38,703 nt of DNA from Bacteroidota bacterium (GTDB lineage Bacteria; Bacteroidota; Bacteroidia; UBA7662). Positions 36,305 through 38,703 of the stretch are shown piece by piece; positions within the stretch are counted from its first letter, which is position 1; every line of letters begins with the position of its first letter. Below the pieces are notes generated by a model. That model was not told where the DNA came from, made no database searches, and saw only the letters and a program-made list of their open reading frames with translations. Location of the stretch: NCBI GenBank assembly GCA_016868875.1, contig VGFN01000003.1, positions 1-38,703 of the forward strand, in the 5' to 3' direction. The translations under genes and the position numbers were made by a program.

Positions 36305-36336
36305 AGCGGGGTGGGCGATTTCGGGAATATTCTCCC

Positions 36337-36344
36337 TATATTTG
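36337..36344 (+). promoter_or_regulatory. -7 element TATATTTG for rpsF-rpsR-rplI
   Basis: TAnnTTTG match about 40 nt upstream of the rpsF ATG. Confidence 0.7.
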
Positions 36345-36383
36345 CGACCCCGAAGAAAACTTCGGTCTTAACCCCGTTGATCT

Positions 36384-36746
36384 ATGAATCAATATGAAAC
36401 CGTACTCATCCTGAACCCGGTGCTTACCGAGGAGATGGTCCGCGAGGCGGTCATGAAGTTCGAAAAGGTGCTGAACGAAAACGGCGCCGAGCTGGTGCAT
36501 CAGGCCCATTGGGGCCTACGCAAGCTAGCTTATCCCATCCACAAAAAGGCCACAGGCTTTTACCACCTCTACGAGTTCAAGGCCAATGGCCTAGCCGTAG
36601 ATAAGTTGGAGCTTGAACTGCGCCGTGACGAAAGGATTTTACGATTCCTGACGGTATCTCTCGACAAATACGCCGTGGCTTACAACGAGTCTCGTCGCAA
36701 ACCCAGAGCCCCCAAGGCTGCTGCAACAGAGGAGGTTAACTCATGA
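36384..36746 (+). CDS. rpsF: 30S ribosomal protein bS6
   Basis: [32 protein letters not shown]. Confidence 0.98.
   Translation: MNQYETVLILNPVLTEEMVREAVMKFEKVLNENGAELVHQAHWGLRKLAYPIHKKATGFYHLYEFKANGLAVDKLELELRRDERILRFLTVSLDKYAVAYNESRRKPRAPKAAATEEVNS
36728..36736 (+). promoter_or_regulatory. Strong Shine-Dalgarno (AGAGGAGGT) for rpsR
   Basis: 6 nt upstream of ATG 36743, embedded in the rpsF 3' end. Confidence 0.75.
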
Positions 36747-37000
36747 TTACCAACAGCTTCGCGACCGTCCCCGTGAAAGAGGAGACCCGCAAAAAGTACT
36801 GTCGTTTCCGGAAAAATGGCATCCATTATATTGATTACAAGGATCCGGATTTTTTACTCAAATTGGTCAACGAGCAGGGTAAACTACTGCCACGTCGTCT
36901 AACGGGGACTTCGCTCAAATTTCAGCGTAAAGTAGCCCAAGCCGTTAAAAGAGCAAGGCACTTGGCCTTGCTGCCTTATGTGGCAGATGGTTTGCGTTGA
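36743..37000 (+). CDS. rpsR: 30S ribosomal protein bS18
   Basis: [40 protein letters not shown]. Confidence 0.98.
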   Translation: MITNSFATVPVKEETRKKYCRFRKNGIHYIDYKDPDFLLKLVNEQGKLLPRRLTGTSLKFQRKVAQAVKRARHLALLPYVADGLR

Positions 37001-37061
37001 TTTTTTGACCTAATTTGCTCTTAAACCATCTATTCTTTTTAACTCCCTGAGCCTAAAAGCC

Positions 37062-37508
37062 ATGAATATCATCCTCAAACAAGACGTCAAAGGGCTGGGT
37101 TTCAAACACGACCTGGTCAAAGTCCGTAACGGGTACGGCTTGAATTACCTTATCCCTCAGGGCCTTGCGGTTGTAGCCGGTCGCGCAGCCCTCAACGACC
37201 GCGCTGAAGCGGTCCGTCAAGCGGAATTTAGGCAAGAGGGCCTACGCAGTGCAGCCACAGATTTAGCCGCCAAATTGGCCGAACTTACATTATCACTGCA
37301 GGTGCGCACGGGTGAGAATAACCGCATTTTCGGCACCATTACCACCTTAATGATCGCCGAGGCGCTTCAGGCCAAAGGATATGAAATTGATCGCCGCAAA
37401 ATGGCGGTGCGTGGTGAAATTCGTGAATTAGGCACTTTTCAGGTAGAAGTCGAGCTTTACAGAGATATCAAAGCAGTCTTCAACTTGGAAGTTACCCCAG
37501 AGGCCTAA
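37062..37508 (+). CDS. rplI: 50S ribosomal protein bL9
   Basis: MNIILKQDVKGLG, VKVRNGYGLNYLIPQG, RIFGTIT, IRELG. Confidence 0.97.
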   Translation: MNIILKQDVKGLGFKHDLVKVRNGYGLNYLIPQGLAVVAGRAALNDRAEAVRQAEFRQEGLRSAATDLAAKLAELTLSLQVRTGENNRIFGTITTLMIAEALQAKGYEIDRRKMAVRGEIRELGTFQVEVELYRDIKAVFNLEVTPEA

Positions 37509-37549
37509 GTCTCTCGTTGTTTTTAATCTTCAAGGCCTCCCCGGATTGT

Positions 37550-38703
37550 TCAATCCGGTATCTCGGTTTGCAAAATAGCTTTGGCCTTGCTTTGGCATTC
37601 TTCCCATTCTGAAATGGGTTCAGAATCCCAGGTAATTGCTCCACCAGTTGATAGGGATAGTTCGTGATTTAGGTCATCGTAAAGGAGTGTTCGGATAATG
37701 ACATTTAAATCCAAATTACCCTCTTGGTCAACATACCCTAAACTGCCCGAATAAACCCCTCTTTTTTTCTTTTCAAGAAGGTCAATCCATTGGCAAACCA
37801 TGCTTTTGGGTGCTCCGGTCATGGAACCCATAGGGAAACATGCCCTTAGAATGGAGGCTAGGGATTGTTCGTTACTTTTTTGAGCGCTGATCGTGCTGAT
37901 CAGTTGGTGAACCGTTTGGAAGGAATAAGCGTGGCATAACTCAGTGACCTTTACCGACAAAGGTTCAGCGCATTGGGTCAAGTCGTTTCGCACCAAATCC
38001 ACAATCATGATATGCTCCGCCTGGTCCTTGGGGTTGTTCTTCAAAGCATTCAGATTTTGTTGGTCAAGCAGTGTATCCGAGGATCGTGGGGCGGTTCCTT
38101 TGATGGGTTGACTAAGCATTTGGTTGCCACTGATTCTGAGGAATCGTTCAGGGCTATTGCACAGGGTATAAAATTCTTTGTTTTTGATCAATGCTGAAAA
38201 TGGCGCCCCTGATCTTTCAGCCATGGCTTGCCATAAAGCCATAGGTCTGTTTATCTTATGTTTTCCGCTCCATTCAATGCAGTAGTTTAACTCATAAAAA
38301 TTGCCTTGCTTGATTTGGTGCCGAATTTCTTGGATTTGATGACTGTATTCTTCAAACGCTGTAGTGCAATGCATAATGTCCCCTAGTGTTACAGTGATTT
38401 GATCTAGAGGGCGGTTATTTGAGCGAATTGGATTTTCTTGGTCTCTCTTCTCTATTAATGTCTTAAGAAGAATTTCTTCTACTCTGTACCTTTGATGATG
38501 ACCATCGATTTTTATGATAATTTTATTTTCTTTAAAAATTAACAGCAAGGATGGTCTAAACCAAAAAGCATAATTCGGATCTCCTGTTGCAGGTGGGAGT
38601 TCAGAAGCTTGGCCCATGGTTTGGGCTTTCATGTCGTAGGCAAAGTAGCCCATGCGGAAGGCAGGCCTAGCTTTGTGCATTTGTTCAAAGGCTTCGAAGT
38701 TAA
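37550..38703 (-). CDS. pabB: Aminodeoxychorismate synthase component I / anthranilate synthase component I family (5' end outside the window)
   Basis: GYFAYD, SPERFL, QPIKGT, KDQAEHIMIVDLVRNDL, FPMGSMTGAPK, RGVYSGSLG, GGAITWDS. The frame stays open to the window edge. Confidence 0.82.
   Translation of the reverse strand, partial: NFEAFEQMHKARPAFRMGYFAYDMKAQTMGQASELPPATGDPNYAFWFRPSLLLIFKENKIIIKIDGHHQRYRVEEILLKTLIEKRDQENPIRSNNRPLDQITVTLGDIMHCTTAFEEYSHQIQEIRHQIKQGNFYELNYCIEWSGKHKINRPMALWQAMAERSGAPFSALIKNKEFYTLCNSPERFLRISGNQMLSQPIKGTAPRSSDTLLDQQNLNALKNNPKDQAEHIMIVDLVRNDLTQCAEPLSVKVTELCHAYSFQTVHQLISTISAQKSNEQSLASILRACFPMGSMTGAPKSMVCQWIDLLEKKKRGVYSGSLGYVDQEGNLDLNVIIRTLLYDDLNHELSLSTGGAITWDSEPISEWEECQSKAKAILQTEIPD

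Noticed and set aside
1-38703. CRISPR arrays, tRNA/rRNA genes, IS elements and defence systems
   Set aside because: Intergenic gaps are short (mostly under about 200 nt) and show no repeat-spacer pattern or cloverleaf. No transposase, integrase or defence-type ORF was recognised.

Overview
A gene-dense housekeeping segment of a Bacteroidota chromosome. The phylum is inferred from gldE/gldD, a T9SS C-terminal domain, TAnnTTTG -7 promoters and the general lack of Shine-Dalgarno sites. Gene order: HU (partial), mutY-ssb-gldE-gldD-recG, a 53-aa small ORF missing from the track, purH-mreBCD-mrdA-rodA, htpG, thiolase-truA-ABC exporter-T9SS M1 aminopeptidase, MlaD-amidase / LptD, proline dehydrogenase / DAHPS-CM-aroB-aroA-aroC-DAACS symporter, an HNH-AP2 gene, dnaX, rpsF-rpsR-rplI and a 5'-truncated pabB-like gene. 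I saw no tRNA, rRNA, CRISPR array, transposase, integrase or prophage. The best candidate for something novel is a stand-alone, very basic HNH-AP2 protein with a degenerate nuclease site and its own promoter and terminator, possibly a domesticated homing endonuclease. Other signals: a strong SD before rpsR, probable leaderless mRNAs (ssb, dnaX, proline dehydrogenase), a sigma54-like site upstream of htpG, a double TTGAC-N3-GTCAA palindrome upstream of purH, an AT-rich mreC-mreD-mrdA block, and a divergent, insertion-rich AroA. All calls come from reading motifs by eye; no database searches were run.
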